Positions 1 to 10,208 of a DNA stretch of 40,183 nucleotides are shown here, in pieces (within the stretch, counting starts at the first letter, position 1; the number at the start of each line of letters is the position of its first letter). The notes below the pieces were generated by a model, which saw nothing but the letters and a program-made list of their open reading frames with translations, was not told the origin of the DNA and searched no databases. The position numbers and the translations under genes were made by a program. This stretch comes from Ilumatobacteraceae bacterium (GTDB lineage: Bacteria; Actinomycetota; Acidimicrobiia; Acidimicrobiales; Ilumatobacteraceae): the NCBI GenBank assembly GCA_023263465.1, contig JALQWV010000062.1, positions 1-40,183 of the forward strand, written 5' to 3'.

Positions 1-25
1 GCCTCTAAATAGAACACCCCTCGCT

Positions 26-31
26 TACTGT
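26..31 (+). promoter_or_regulatory. -10 box TACTGT for the exonuclease gene (leaderless)
   Basis: TANNNT hexamer ends 7 nt before ATG 39; no SD. Confidence 0.5.
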
Positions 32-38
32 GCCAAAC

Positions 39-614
39 ATGAGCGAATCATTAGCGAACGAGAGGTTCGCAGTTGTCGACACTGAAACCACAGGATTGTC
101 CCCAGCAACGTGCTCAATGCTGCAGCTTGGCATCGTTGTGGTGCGCGGTGATGGCACCATCGAAAGTCAATTCTCTACCTATATCAGACGCCGTTTTTGG
201 AAGCCGGGCAGACTAGGAGCACATCACATCCACGGCATTACACGTCGCAATCTTCGCAGTGGCGTCACTATTCACGAAGCCCTCGACCGCCTGTCGACCG
301 AACTGAAAACTGCAACATTCGTCGCTCACAATGCCAAGTTCGATCTTGGTTTTCTTCGCGCCGAAGCGCAACGTTGCGGACATCCGTTGATTATCCACGA
401 TCCGATCTGCACTCTCACCTTGTCGCGGTCACTCGACCCAAATAAAGCGCACCCCCACAACTTGCGTCAACTTGCAATTCGCTATGGAATTCACGACGTT
501 CCAAACCACGACGCACTTGCCGACGCGATGGTCACTGCCCGACTACTGCCCCTTTTGCTTGCTAAAGCCAACATCACCCATGCCGGTGAATTGGCCAATA
601 TTGCCGTCAAATAG
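39..614 (+). CDS. stand-alone DEDDh 3'-5' exonuclease (DnaQ / Pol III epsilon-like)
   Basis: ORF-track 30..614. Exo I 'AVVDTETTGL', Exo II 'AHNAKFDLGFL', Exo III 'HDALADA'. Start moved to ATG 39 because of the -10 box 7 nt upstream. Confidence 0.85.
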   Translation: MSESLANERFAVVDTETTGLSPATCSMLQLGIVVVRGDGTIESQFSTYIRRRFWKPGRLGAHHIHGITRRNLRSGVTIHEALDRLSTELKTATFVAHNAKFDLGFLRAEAQRCGHPLIIHDPICTLTLSRSLDPNKAHPHNLRQLAIRYGIHDVPNHDALADAMVTARLLPLLLAKANITHAGELANIAVK

Positions 615-615
615 T

Positions 616-1563
616 TCAGCGGTAGCGCTTCAGCACTGCCTGCGCAGTCTGTTTGCCTAAGTCCGCCCATTTGGCCGGCGCAAGCACGTCAATCGCGTCG
701 CCTCCGCGCAATAACAGTCGACCCAACCATTGCTGCGAGCCAACCGCTAACTCAATTTTTACGCTGCCATCACTTTGTTGTTCGCGTGCGATGTACGGGT
801 ATGTCTCTACTAACCGAAGTGCTGCAGGACGAACGAGCAGCGTTGCAGTCTCCATGTCTGTCCCGAAAAAATCAACCTCGCCTTCAACTCCTTCAATGAT
901 TGGATCTGAAGTTTTACCAGTTGGAGTGAAGTGTTTGATGCGATCAATTCGGAAATTGCGAATTTCACCAGATTGATCGTCATCGGCTCGCACATACCAA
1001 TGACCCATCTGCTCAAACACTGCGCGTGGAAAAATGGTGCGCGAAGAATGAGTTCCAGAAATTGGCGAGAAGTACTCAATTGCCACAAATTGCCCCGAGG
1101 CAACGGCAAGTTGAGTTTCTGGCAAAAACCTCACAGACTTGACATCAACTTCAACCACATCACCTTTTGGCAGCAGTGGTTTCAGTTTTTTGAGCGCAGA
1201 AGCAAGGGGACCTTTCTTGTCTGCACCTGGCATTGACAAAGCCGCACTGCCCATTGCTTGCAAGGCGAACAATTCGGCTGAGTTCAGTTGCAACGGTCGC
1301 GAAAACATCAGCGGAACCTCGGCAACCACTTCGTCTTCGTCGACGAACACATCAATCAAGGCGTCTGGTGTGTATGGGGGCACTCCGCACATGGCAGCCA
1401 TCATCAAATCATTCATCAACTCTTTCTCACTCAACTTGAATTGCTTGGCCATATCGGAAAGCTTCACGCGTTTACGACTGATGAGCCATGGCAACATGAC
1501 CAATAGGCCTTCAACGCGTTCAGCGGCACCTCGCGGACCGCGACGAGATTTGCGCATTGCCAT
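616..1563 (-). CDS. pafC: PafC-like HTH-WYL transcriptional regulator
   Basis: ORF 616..1689 trimmed to ATG 1563, which shares one base with the pafB stop (TAATG). N-terminal HTH 'LLVMLPWLISRKRVKLSDMAKQF'; WYL-type 'GHWYVRADD...FRIDRI'. The 315-aa size and tandem partner fit PafC. Confidence 0.8.
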   Translation of the reverse strand: MAMRKSRRGPRGAAERVEGLLVMLPWLISRKRVKLSDMAKQFKLSEKELMNDLMMAAMCGVPPYTPDALIDVFVDEDEVVAEVPLMFSRPLQLNSAELFALQAMGSAALSMPGADKKGPLASALKKLKPLLPKGDVVEVDVKSVRFLPETQLAVASGQFVAIEYFSPISGTHSSRTIFPRAVFEQMGHWYVRADDDQSGEIRNFRIDRIKHFTPTGKTSDPIIEGVEGEVDFFGTDMETATLLVRPAALRLVETYPYIAREQQSDGSVKIELAVGSQQWLGRLLLRGGDAIDVLAPAKWADLGKQTAQAVLKRYR

Positions 1564-2513
1564 TAGCGACCGCCTGCTTGCTCGGTAAGCCATGAAATGA
1601 CCAGTTTGCGAACGCGAGGTGGACCAATAACCGTTGCGTGATCGACCATGGCAAACAGCCACACGCGGAATGCGGTGAGATTCGCACATGGAATAGCAAA
1701 TTCCACGCCGCCATCCGGATGTTCTTTGATTACAGCCTGATTGCCAAATTGCGCTCGCACACCGCCCGCCAAACTGGCATCGACCAACACGGTTGCCACT
1801 GCATCATCACCGTGGCCTTCTGCAAGTAATTCGGCTTCAGTAGGCACTGCCTTTTGCAGGTCGAAATCTTTTGGTCTGCTAAACGATCCACGATCTCCTA
1901 CCGCAATGTTGCCTTCAATTCGGTCCACACGAAACGTTCGGCGATCAGCGCGCAACTGGTCAAATCCAACGAGATACCAAAATCCGCCGCGGGCTAACAA
2001 ACCATACGGATCAACACTGCGCATTTCACCCTTGTACGAGAACTTCAATGTGCGATGCTCTACTACTCCGTCTGCGAGCGTGGTCATCAACTGGTCGTCT
2101 AACTGAATGTTCAAACTGGTTGATGGCGTATTAAGCGCGCGTTCTCCGCCCAATTTCCACAACGCTTCGTCTCCGTGACTTGCCCCTACACGAACGGTTG
2201 CCATTGCAAACTGCAATGCCGATCGCTCTTCATCAGTAAGACCCAAATCGCCGAGTTCAAAACTCTTGCGATCCACTCGGTACGCGCCTTCACCGGCCTG
2301 GTCACCACCGAGCGTGATGAGTTCAATGGGAATGCCCAGTGCCCGCAGGTCACCTTTGTCGCGCTCAAACGCTGCACGAGCCGCGGTATCAGATTCTGGA
2401 TATTGACCGACAAGCTCCTGGCGAATTTGCTTGAGTGTGAGTGGCTTGGTGCGTTGCACAAGTAGTGCAAGCAGGTTGATCATGCGCTCTGCTTGTGAAT
2501 ACTTTGCCGCCAC
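1563..2513 (-). CDS. pafB: PafB-like HTH-WYL transcriptional regulator
   Basis: ORF 1563..2735 trimmed to GTG 2513, 10 nt after the pgi stop. HTH 'ERMINLLALLVQRTKPLTLKQIRQEL'; literal WYL motif 'GFWYLVGFD...FRVDRI'. 316 aa. Confidence 0.8.
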   Translation of the reverse strand: MAAKYSQAERMINLLALLVQRTKPLTLKQIRQELVGQYPESDTAARAAFERDKGDLRALGIPIELITLGGDQAGEGAYRVDRKSFELGDLGLTDEERSALQFAMATVRVGASHGDEALWKLGGERALNTPSTSLNIQLDDQLMTTLADGVVEHRTLKFSYKGEMRSVDPYGLLARGGFWYLVGFDQLRADRRTFRVDRIEGNIAVGDRGSFSRPKDFDLQKAVPTEAELLAEGHGDDAVATVLVDASLAGGVRAQFGNQAVIKEHPDGGVEFAIPCANLTAFRVWLFAMVDHATVIGPPRVRKLVISWLTEQAGGR

Positions 2514-2523
2514 AGGGCACAGA

Positions 2524-4119
2524 CTAGGTGTTAGAACGGTGCGTTTTGTACCACTGCACCAATTTCGCCGTAGATGCGTCGGCTCCGCCAGATTGGCTTG
2601 GTGCGGAAATCTGTGCAGAAACTTCGCTGGCCAACTTCTTGCCCAACTCAACTCCCCACTGATCAAAACTGTTGATTCCAAACACACACCCCTGAACAAA
2701 CACTGAATGTTCATAGAGGGCAATGAGTGCCCCAAGCGTGCGTGGAGAGAGCGCCGACAACATCAGCGTGGTGCTCGGCCGATTGCCGGGCAGGGTTCGA
2801 TGCGAATCTGTTACGTTTCCAAAAGCCAACGCTTGGGTTTGGGCGAACAGGTTGGCCACGAGTGCGTCGTGGGCTGCACCATCATGCGTCGGAGTTGCTG
2901 CTACGCCAATGAAATCTGCAGGCACGACGGAGGTTCCTTGATGCAATAGCTGCATGTACGCATGTTGGGCGTTCGTGCCCACCCCTCCCCACACAATGGG
3001 AGAAGTGGGGATGGAGACCAGATCACCATCTGTGGTTACACGTTTGCCATTGCTTTCCATTTCCAGTTGCTGCACATAGGAGGCAAACGACTTCAATGCG
3101 GTGGAATATGCAACCATTGCACGTGTTTCACGCCCCAGGATCGAGCGGTTCCATACGTTCAACATGCCCATCAGCACTGGCGCATTGCTGTGTAATGGAG
3201 CAGTCATGAAATGTTCGTCCATTGAGCGCATTCCCGAAAGCAAGTTGTTGTATGCATTCGATCCGAAGGCAATGACATTCACCAGATTCACCGCAGACGA
3301 AATTGAATAACGCCCGCCCACCCACGACCACATCGGAAACGCGTAGTCGGCTAGCAAACCGGCACTCACCACCTTTTCAGGAAACACCGACACCACTGAA
3401 AAATGTTTTGACACATTCTCCGCACCGACCGCATCCGAGATCCATTGCGCAATGATGCGACCGTTGCTCAAGGTTTCTGCCGTGCTAAACGACTTAGAGC
3501 AAAGCACCACCAGCGTGGTCTCAGGATTGCACTCACGCAACGCACTGCGAACTTCGGTTGGATCAATGTTGGAAACAAAATGTGTCTTCACGGCTGGTGC
3601 GCTTACCGATGTCAATGCTTCATGAACCAGCGTTGGACCAAGGTCGCTTCCACCAATACCAACGTTGATTACGCTCTGAAATTTCTTACCTGTTGCGCCG
3701 GTAATGCGACCGGCTCGAACCGACTCGGCGAATTCATTCACCTGCGCTCGTACACGCAGAATTTCACTCATCACATCAACGCCATCAACATTCACTGCGG
3801 AATCTGCAGTTCTACGAAGGGCTGTGTGCAATGCCGGCTGTTGCTCAGTGCCATTTACGATGACACCTTCAAACATGTCATTTCGTTTTTGCTCAATACC
3901 AGCCTGCTCGGCTACCGCAATCAAACACTGCACAGCATCTTCATCTACGTTTTGCTTCGAAAAATCAACAAGCAATATGTCTTCGCCCACCAACAACTCA
4001 ACGCTGAGGGTTTCTGCACGTGCTGGATTACGGGCAAAGAGGTCTTTCAGCGTTGTTTGCGAAATTAAGTCTGCACATTTCAGTGCTGCGGACCAAGCGG
4101 GAGTTGTGGTGATATCCAC
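2524..4119 (-). CDS. pgi: glucose-6-phosphate isomerase
   Basis: 531 aa. PGI signatures 'GIGGSDLGP' and 'DQWGVELGK'. GTG start preceded by TAGCCT at -13..-8. Confidence 0.95.
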   Translation of the reverse strand: MDITTTPAWSAALKCADLISQTTLKDLFARNPARAETLSVELLVGEDILLVDFSKQNVDEDAVQCLIAVAEQAGIEQKRNDMFEGVIVNGTEQQPALHTALRRTADSAVNVDGVDVMSEILRVRAQVNEFAESVRAGRITGATGKKFQSVINVGIGGSDLGPTLVHEALTSVSAPAVKTHFVSNIDPTEVRSALRECNPETTLVVLCSKSFSTAETLSNGRIIAQWISDAVGAENVSKHFSVVSVFPEKVVSAGLLADYAFPMWSWVGGRYSISSAVNLVNVIAFGSNAYNNLLSGMRSMDEHFMTAPLHSNAPVLMGMLNVWNRSILGRETRAMVAYSTALKSFASYVQQLEMESNGKRVTTDGDLVSIPTSPIVWGGVGTNAQHAYMQLLHQGTSVVPADFIGVAATPTHDGAAHDALVANLFAQTQALAFGNVTDSHRTLPGNRPSTTLMLSALSPRTLGALIALYEHSVFVQGCVFGINSFDQWGVELGKKLASEVSAQISAPSQSGGADASTAKLVQWYKTHRSNT

Positions 4120-4126
4120 TTATTAC

Positions 4127-4132
4127 AGGCTA
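4127..4132 (-). promoter_or_regulatory. -10 box TAGCCT for pgi-pafB-pafC (leaderless)
   Basis: TANNNT ends 7 nt before GTG 4119. Confidence 0.5.
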
Positions 4133-4142
4133 CCCGCGGGAC

Positions 4143-4148
4143 TAGCGT
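4143..4148 (+). promoter_or_regulatory. -10 box TAGCGT (within ACTAGCGT) for rarD
   Basis: TANNNT ends 9 nt before ATG 4158. The octamer ACTAGCGT recurs at two other promoters. Confidence 0.45.
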
Positions 4149-4157
4149 GAACGAATC

Positions 4158-5078
4158 ATGAAAAAGCCTGTTGCCAAGCCAGAAACTTCACAAACTGCAA
4201 TCGCTCTCTCCCTTTCGGTGTATTTCATTTGGGGAGCGCTCACGTTGTATTGGAAAGAGCTACACGGTTTTGACCCGTTCGAACTCATTGGTTGGCGAAT
4301 TACTTCTTCAGTAGTGGTGCTTACTACGGTCATGCTCGCCACAGGTCGTTTAGTGCCACTCTTACGCTCGCTGAGCAACACGCAACTGTTGCTCCGTATT
4401 GCACTTGCCAGCGTGCTCCTCACGATCAATTGGGCAACATATGTATGGGCAGTGGTGAACGACCATGTCATTGAAACGGCCCTTGGCTATTTCATTGCAC
4501 CAATTCTCACCATCGTTGTTGGCGTGTTCGTATTGCACGAAAAACTTCGGGGAATTCAGCGTGTGGCTGTGACTTTTGCTGTTGGCGGAATAGCTGTGCT
4601 CACCGCCGCTTACGGTCGTGTGCCTTGGATCGCGCTCATCATTGCAGCGTCGTGGACGTTCTATGCATATCTAAAGAAGAATGTCCCACTTGCACCACTC
4701 GAGAGCCTCACTGCAGAAGTAATGGTGCTTGCCATTCCTGCATTCATCTTTTTGTGCGCAACATGGAATAATGCTGACAGTGTACAGAACACCGCCACCT
4801 CGGTGGATTGGTTCTTTGTTGCATTCACCGGCGTCATTACTGCGATACCGCTGTTGATGTTTGCCAGTGCATCTCAGCGCACCCCGCTGACCATTCTTGG
4901 TCCAATGCAATACATCGTGCCCACAATGAACTTCTTGATTGGTTGGTTACTGTTCAACGAAGCTCTCACCGCATCAAAGGTCGCGGGATTCTCTTTGATT
5001 TGGGTATGCCTCGCGCTGGTGTTGACCGATTTGTTCAGGACACAGCGGCAGCAACAAATCGCTTCAAGCCGTCAATAA
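4158..5078 (+). CDS. rarD: EamA/RarD-family (DMT) permease
   Basis: 306 aa, about 10 TM segments. RarD-like N-terminus 'LSVYFIWGALTLYWKEL'. Confidence 0.8.
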   Translation: MKKPVAKPETSQTAIALSLSVYFIWGALTLYWKELHGFDPFELIGWRITSSVVVLTTVMLATGRLVPLLRSLSNTQLLLRIALASVLLTINWATYVWAVVNDHVIETALGYFIAPILTIVVGVFVLHEKLRGIQRVAVTFAVGGIAVLTAAYGRVPWIALIIAASWTFYAYLKKNVPLAPLESLTAEVMVLAIPAFIFLCATWNNADSVQNTATSVDWFFVAFTGVITAIPLLMFASASQRTPLTILGPMQYIVPTMNFLIGWLLFNEALTASKVAGFSLIWVCLALVLTDLFRTQRQQQIASSRQ

Positions 5079-5661
5079 CCGCGTCTTCACGCTCTCTGTC
5101 ATTAATCACGTAAGCAAATCGCGCCAAACCAGAAATCATCACATCAAACAAATCTTGCAGCGTTCGAGCAGACATTTCAGATCCAACCTCGCCACGGGCA
5201 ACAGCGTTTTCGCACAGATGTTGAAAAAACACTGCCCAATCTTTACGAAGGGGGCGAATTGCATCAGACAACTCTGGATGTCGGCGTGCTTCTGCAGCGA
5301 CACCAACGACAAAGCCAAGAAGAGAAGGATCGTTTTTACTTACTTCCGTTAGCGCATCAATAATTGCCGAAAACTTATCGACTAGGGATTCACATGGTGC
5401 TGCCGCTGCTACTACGGCTTCGGTCACCATGTTTTGCACCTGTTCAAAAGCGGCCACATACATGTCAAGCTTCGACGGAAAGTAGTGGTAAATCGCGCCT
5501 GTTGTAATTCCTGCGGCGGCGGCAACCGTGCGGTTGGTCGTTGCGTCGTAACCGATAGTTGCAAATGATGTACGTGCTACGCGAATGAGGCGCTCGCGTG
5601 TTTCTCCAGCATCCGTAGAGCACGGACGGCCCAACTTTTTTGTCGGCGTGAGGAGCTTCAT
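5035..5661 (-). CDS. TetR/AcrR family transcriptional regulator
   Basis: N-terminal TetR HTH 'RERLIRVARTSFATIGYDATTNRTVAAAAGITTGAIYHYFPSK'. Lies 4 nt downstream of the hydrolase gene. Confidence 0.9.
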   Translation of the reverse strand: MKLLTPTKKLGRPCSTDAGETRERLIRVARTSFATIGYDATTNRTVAAAAGITTGAIYHYFPSKLDMYVAAFEQVQNMVTEAVVAAAAPCESLVDKFSAIIDALTEVSKNDPSLLGFVVGVAAEARRHPELSDAIRPLRKDWAVFFQHLCENAVARGEVGSEMSARTLQDLFDVMISGLARFAYVINDREREDAVIDGLKRFVAAAVS

Positions 5662-5665
5662 AAAA

Positions 5666-6592
5666 TCAGGCTAATTCGGGCTTCGCTCGCTGGGCGAAGC
5701 GGCGGAGCAAATTTGCTAGTTCAACGGGACGGTCACCCTGCACGCTGTGGCCGGCCCCCTCAACAACTACGACCTCTGCCTGTGTGCATCGTTTTTGCAA
5801 TTCGGCTATGTCGTCGTCATCAACTACAGGTGACACTCCTCCACGAACCATGAGTAACGGCTTGCTCCATGCAGAAACCATTTCCCACATTGGTGATCGC
5901 GGGGCCTCGTGGCCTGGTGCAGAGCCAGCGGTTTCGGTTTGCCCACGACGGTCGTAACGCCATTGCCACGAACCGTCCTCACTTTGCTTTGCATTGTGCA
6001 ATATTCCTCGCCGCAAACTTGCTTCACTTCGCGTTGGATTATGTTCCTTCGTTCGTGCAAATAATTCATCAAAACTTGCAAAACTTTGTGGACCGTTAAT
6101 GAAATCGAGCACGGCTTTTGCTTTTTTACTCGTCACTCCTGGAGTGATATCTACAAGCACGAGATGTGGAACCAGTTCTGGATGTGCGTGTGCAAGCGCG
6201 AGACAGGTCAATCCACCAAGCGACATACCAACGATGGCAACTGCATGCTCGGCGTGTGCATGCATGAGTTGCGCAATGTCCTGTGCCATTCCTTGTGGGC
6301 TGTATGTCGCATCATCACGCCACGACGAGTGTCCATGACCGGGCAAATCCACAGCGATCAACGGAATATTCAAAGCCAAAGCGACTGTGTCCCATGTGTG
6401 AGCGTTCTGGCCACTGCCGTGCACCAGCACCAAACGTGGTTCTTCGGTCCCCCATTTCAATGCGCTCAGTACTCTCCCGTCGCTCAGTGTTGTATTCACA
6501 CGAGTTACTGTCGGCATTGGAGACACCGTCAATGAGTACTCAGAGATGTTTTCGGAAAACAGTGAAAACTCGTCGTATTGAATGCGTTCCAT
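5666..6592 (-). CDS. alpha/beta-fold hydrolase
   Basis: 'LVLVHGSGQNAHTW' oxyanion region and nucleophile elbow 'GMSLGG'. Leaderless-type -10 box upstream. Confidence 0.85.
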   Translation of the reverse strand: MERIQYDEFSLFSENISEYSLTVSPMPTVTRVNTTLSDGRVLSALKWGTEEPRLVLVHGSGQNAHTWDTVALALNIPLIAVDLPGHGHSSWRDDATYSPQGMAQDIAQLMHAHAEHAVAIVGMSLGGLTCLALAHAHPELVPHLVLVDITPGVTSKKAKAVLDFINGPQSFASFDELFARTKEHNPTRSEASLRRGILHNAKQSEDGSWQWRYDRRGQTETAGSAPGHEAPRSPMWEMVSAWSKPLLMVRGGVSPVVDDDDIAELQKRCTQAEVVVVEGAGHSVQGDRPVELANLLRRFAQRAKPELA

Positions 6593-6599
6593 GTGTTGA

Positions 6600-6605
6600 A
6601 CCCTA
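6600..6605 (-). promoter_or_regulatory. -10 box TAGGGT for the hydrolase-TetR operon (leaderless)
   Basis: TANNNT ends 7 nt before ATG 6592. Confidence 0.5.
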
Positions 6606-6627
6606 TTCCAGTAAACGTGCCAAGTAA

Positions 6628-7665
6628 CTAAGGAACGACTGTGGTCGTTGCACCGGGTTTTGGCGCAATGGTTGAAGAAGTCGTTGTGGTGTAGTTCGGG
6701 TCTGGTTTGTCGAACGGCGGAACTGGAGATCCATATTCCTCTGGTTCCTTAATGCCATCAAACACGTACACGCGATCGCCATATTTAACGAGCGCCGGGA
6801 AATACCGAGCAACCGACATTGGGATTCGCACACAACCGTGTGAATCGGGTTTGAGTGGAACTAGAACTGCGCCGTGAACCGCAATGCCATAGTTAAAGTA
6901 CACAGGGTTGTACATACTTCCTAGTTTTGATTCGCGCATTCCAGTGTGACGGTTATAGAAGTAAAAAATTCCTGGCGGAGTAATTGCCTCACCACATATA
7001 CCTTGTTTAATTTGTTGCGCCGTGTTGTTTCCGTCTTGGCCAGGGTCAATCGTTACCTCTTCGCACCACTTTTCAGTTGAACCAGTAGAAATATGGGTGA
7101 TCAACTGCGGCTCGGCTCCCTTAAACACGACCATTACTTGTTCGGGAAGATAGATCTCCACATGATTTGGGGAATCTGCTTGGCGACGAGGAGTAACCAT
7201 GGAGGCAGTTTCCATAATTGCCCAGGTAGATGGAGTTACTTCATCGGTTGCACGCTCTCGCGGAGTTTGCATTACCAATTTTTGGAATGCCCACACAGCC
7301 TGCACCGTGTTCTGGCCGTAGATGCCATCCTGGGGACCCGGATCAAAACGCAGTGCCGAAAGGCGTTGCTGCAGGCGCAACACATCGTCGCCCTTCATAC
7401 CTGGCTTAATCGTTCGTGTTAGCGGAACTGTGACTACGGGAACCGTCGTTTGCTCAAGTGCCGAGTCAGAACTCCCATTTGCACTTTTATTTTGATTGTC
7501 ACTTGCGAGAACCCCAAACGCTACGACGGTGATCAACACCGCAAAAGCAACAAGTGCTGGCCTCCAACGCTCGTAGGTACTTTGTACCGAAGGAACATCA
7601 TCGCCTAAGAAGTCTTCGTCGTATTCGAAGTCTCCCTCGTCATAGTTATCAAACTTGTCGTTCAT
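6628..7665 (-). CDS. L,D-transpeptidase (YkuD) with peptidoglycan-binding domain
   Basis: Catalytic 'HGCVRIP'. PG-binding-1 'GMKGDDVLRLQQRLSALRFDPGPQDGIYGQNTVQAVWAFQK'. N-terminal TM segment. Start trimmed to ATG 7665, which forms an ATGA overlap with the GT2 stop. Confidence 0.85.
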   Translation of the reverse strand: MNDKFDNYDEGDFEYDEDFLGDDVPSVQSTYERWRPALVAFAVLITVVAFGVLASDNQNKSANGSSDSALEQTTVPVVTVPLTRTIKPGMKGDDVLRLQQRLSALRFDPGPQDGIYGQNTVQAVWAFQKLVMQTPRERATDEVTPSTWAIMETASMVTPRRQADSPNHVEIYLPEQVMVVFKGAEPQLITHISTGSTEKWCEEVTIDPGQDGNNTAQQIKQGICGEAITPPGIFYFYNRHTGMRESKLGSMYNPVYFNYGIAVHGAVLVPLKPDSHGCVRIPMSVARYFPALVKYGDRVYVFDGIKEPEEYGSPVPPFDKPDPNYTTTTSSTIAPKPGATTTVVP

Positions 7666-8408
7666 GATTTTTTCGGTGCGAGAGCATTGAGATGCGCGCG
7701 CAACGACCACGCTTCTTTCAAGATTTTCACAATGACCGAAGGCGAACTCAGCGTTGATACTCCCCGAGTGCGCGGAAAATAATCAACACCAAATTGCACC
7801 ACGCTCATGCCGAGCTTGCGCGCGCTTACCATGAGTTCAGCATCAATGAACGATCCCTCACTTGTGAGTTCAATGGTGTCAAGCACATTTCTGCGAACCA
7901 ATTTGAAAGCAAAGTTCACATCGCGAAAGCGACAACCAAATAGTGCGCGCACTAGAAGGTTGTAGAAGAACGAATACACCACTCTTACATAGCCTTCATC
8001 AGTGCGATCAAATCGATACGCAGCGACAACATCAGCTTCGTACTGATGCATCAGACGTAACGCTTTATGCACTTCGCGAAAGTCAAACGGCAAATCGGCA
8101 TCGGTGTACAGCACGACATCGCCAGTTGCTGCCGCAAATCCAGACTTAATTGATCCGCCTAGTTTGCGATTTACAGCATGATGGACCACTCTGACTCGAG
8201 GATTTTCTGCCGCCGCCGCATCTGCCAATTGCGGAGTTGCATCGGTTGACGCATCGTTGACGATGATCATTTCGTAGTCCTGAACCGTGCCATTGGCGAT
8301 CAATTCGTCCCCAAGTTCAATCGCGGCATTCAGCGCACGGTGAAGATATTCCTCTTCGTTCCACATGGGGAAAAACACCGAAAAACGAGTGAATGCTGGT
8401 GGGGACAT
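7662..8408 (-). CDS. family 2 glycosyltransferase (polyprenol-phosphate sugar transferase-like)
   Basis: GT-A motifs 'IIVNDASTD' and 'TDADL'. Confidence 0.85.
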   Translation of the reverse strand: MSPPAFTRFSVFFPMWNEEEYLHRALNAAIELGDELIANGTVQDYEMIIVNDASTDATPQLADAAAAENPRVRVVHHAVNRKLGGSIKSGFAAATGDVVLYTDADLPFDFREVHKALRLMHQYEADVVAAYRFDRTDEGYVRVVYSFFYNLLVRALFGCRFRDVNFAFKLVRRNVLDTIELTSEGSFIDAELMVSARKLGMSVVQFGVDYFPRTRGVSTLSSPSVIVKILKEAWSLRAHLNALAPKKS

Positions 8409-8416
8409 GCGCCATC

Positions 8417-8422
8417 AGGCTA
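8417..8422 (-). promoter_or_regulatory. -10 box TAGCCT for the GT2-Ldt operon
   Basis: TANNNT ends 8 nt before ATG 8408. Confidence 0.45.
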
Positions 8423-8441
8423 ACTGGAGCGGTTTGGGTTG

Positions 8442-8447
8442 TACTGT
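8442..8447 (+). promoter_or_regulatory. -10 box TACTGT for the small membrane protein gene (leaderless)
   Basis: TANNNT ends 7 nt before in-frame GTG 8455. Confidence 0.45.
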
Positions 8448-8454
8448 GCAGGGT

Positions 8455-10202
<1,748 letters not shown>

Positions 10203-10208
10203 CTGGCT

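Noticed and set aside
1564-1689. 5' extension of the pafC ORF overlapping the pafB 3' end
   Set aside because: The extension (MCESHRIPRVAVCHGRS...) reads through the pafB coding end in another frame. ATG 1563 gives the typical TAATG coupling and a PafC-sized protein.
2514-2735. 5' extension of the pafB ORF overlapping the pgi 3' end
   Set aside because: The extension lies inside pgi in a different frame. GTG 2513 sits just downstream of the pgi stop and immediately precedes the conserved HTH.
3445-4068. Long alternative-frame or antisense ORFs inside real genes: 3445..4068(+) in pgi, 12471..12986(-) in the acyltransferase, 30718..31233(-) in the MFS gene, 24757..25305(+) and 24781..25221(-) near the lyase, and 21838..22329(-) in the ACAD gene
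   Set aside because: All of them overlap ORFs with strong family motifs. Their translations are Arg/Ser/Cys-rich and low-complexity, typical of off-frame reading, and none has promoter or start-site support.
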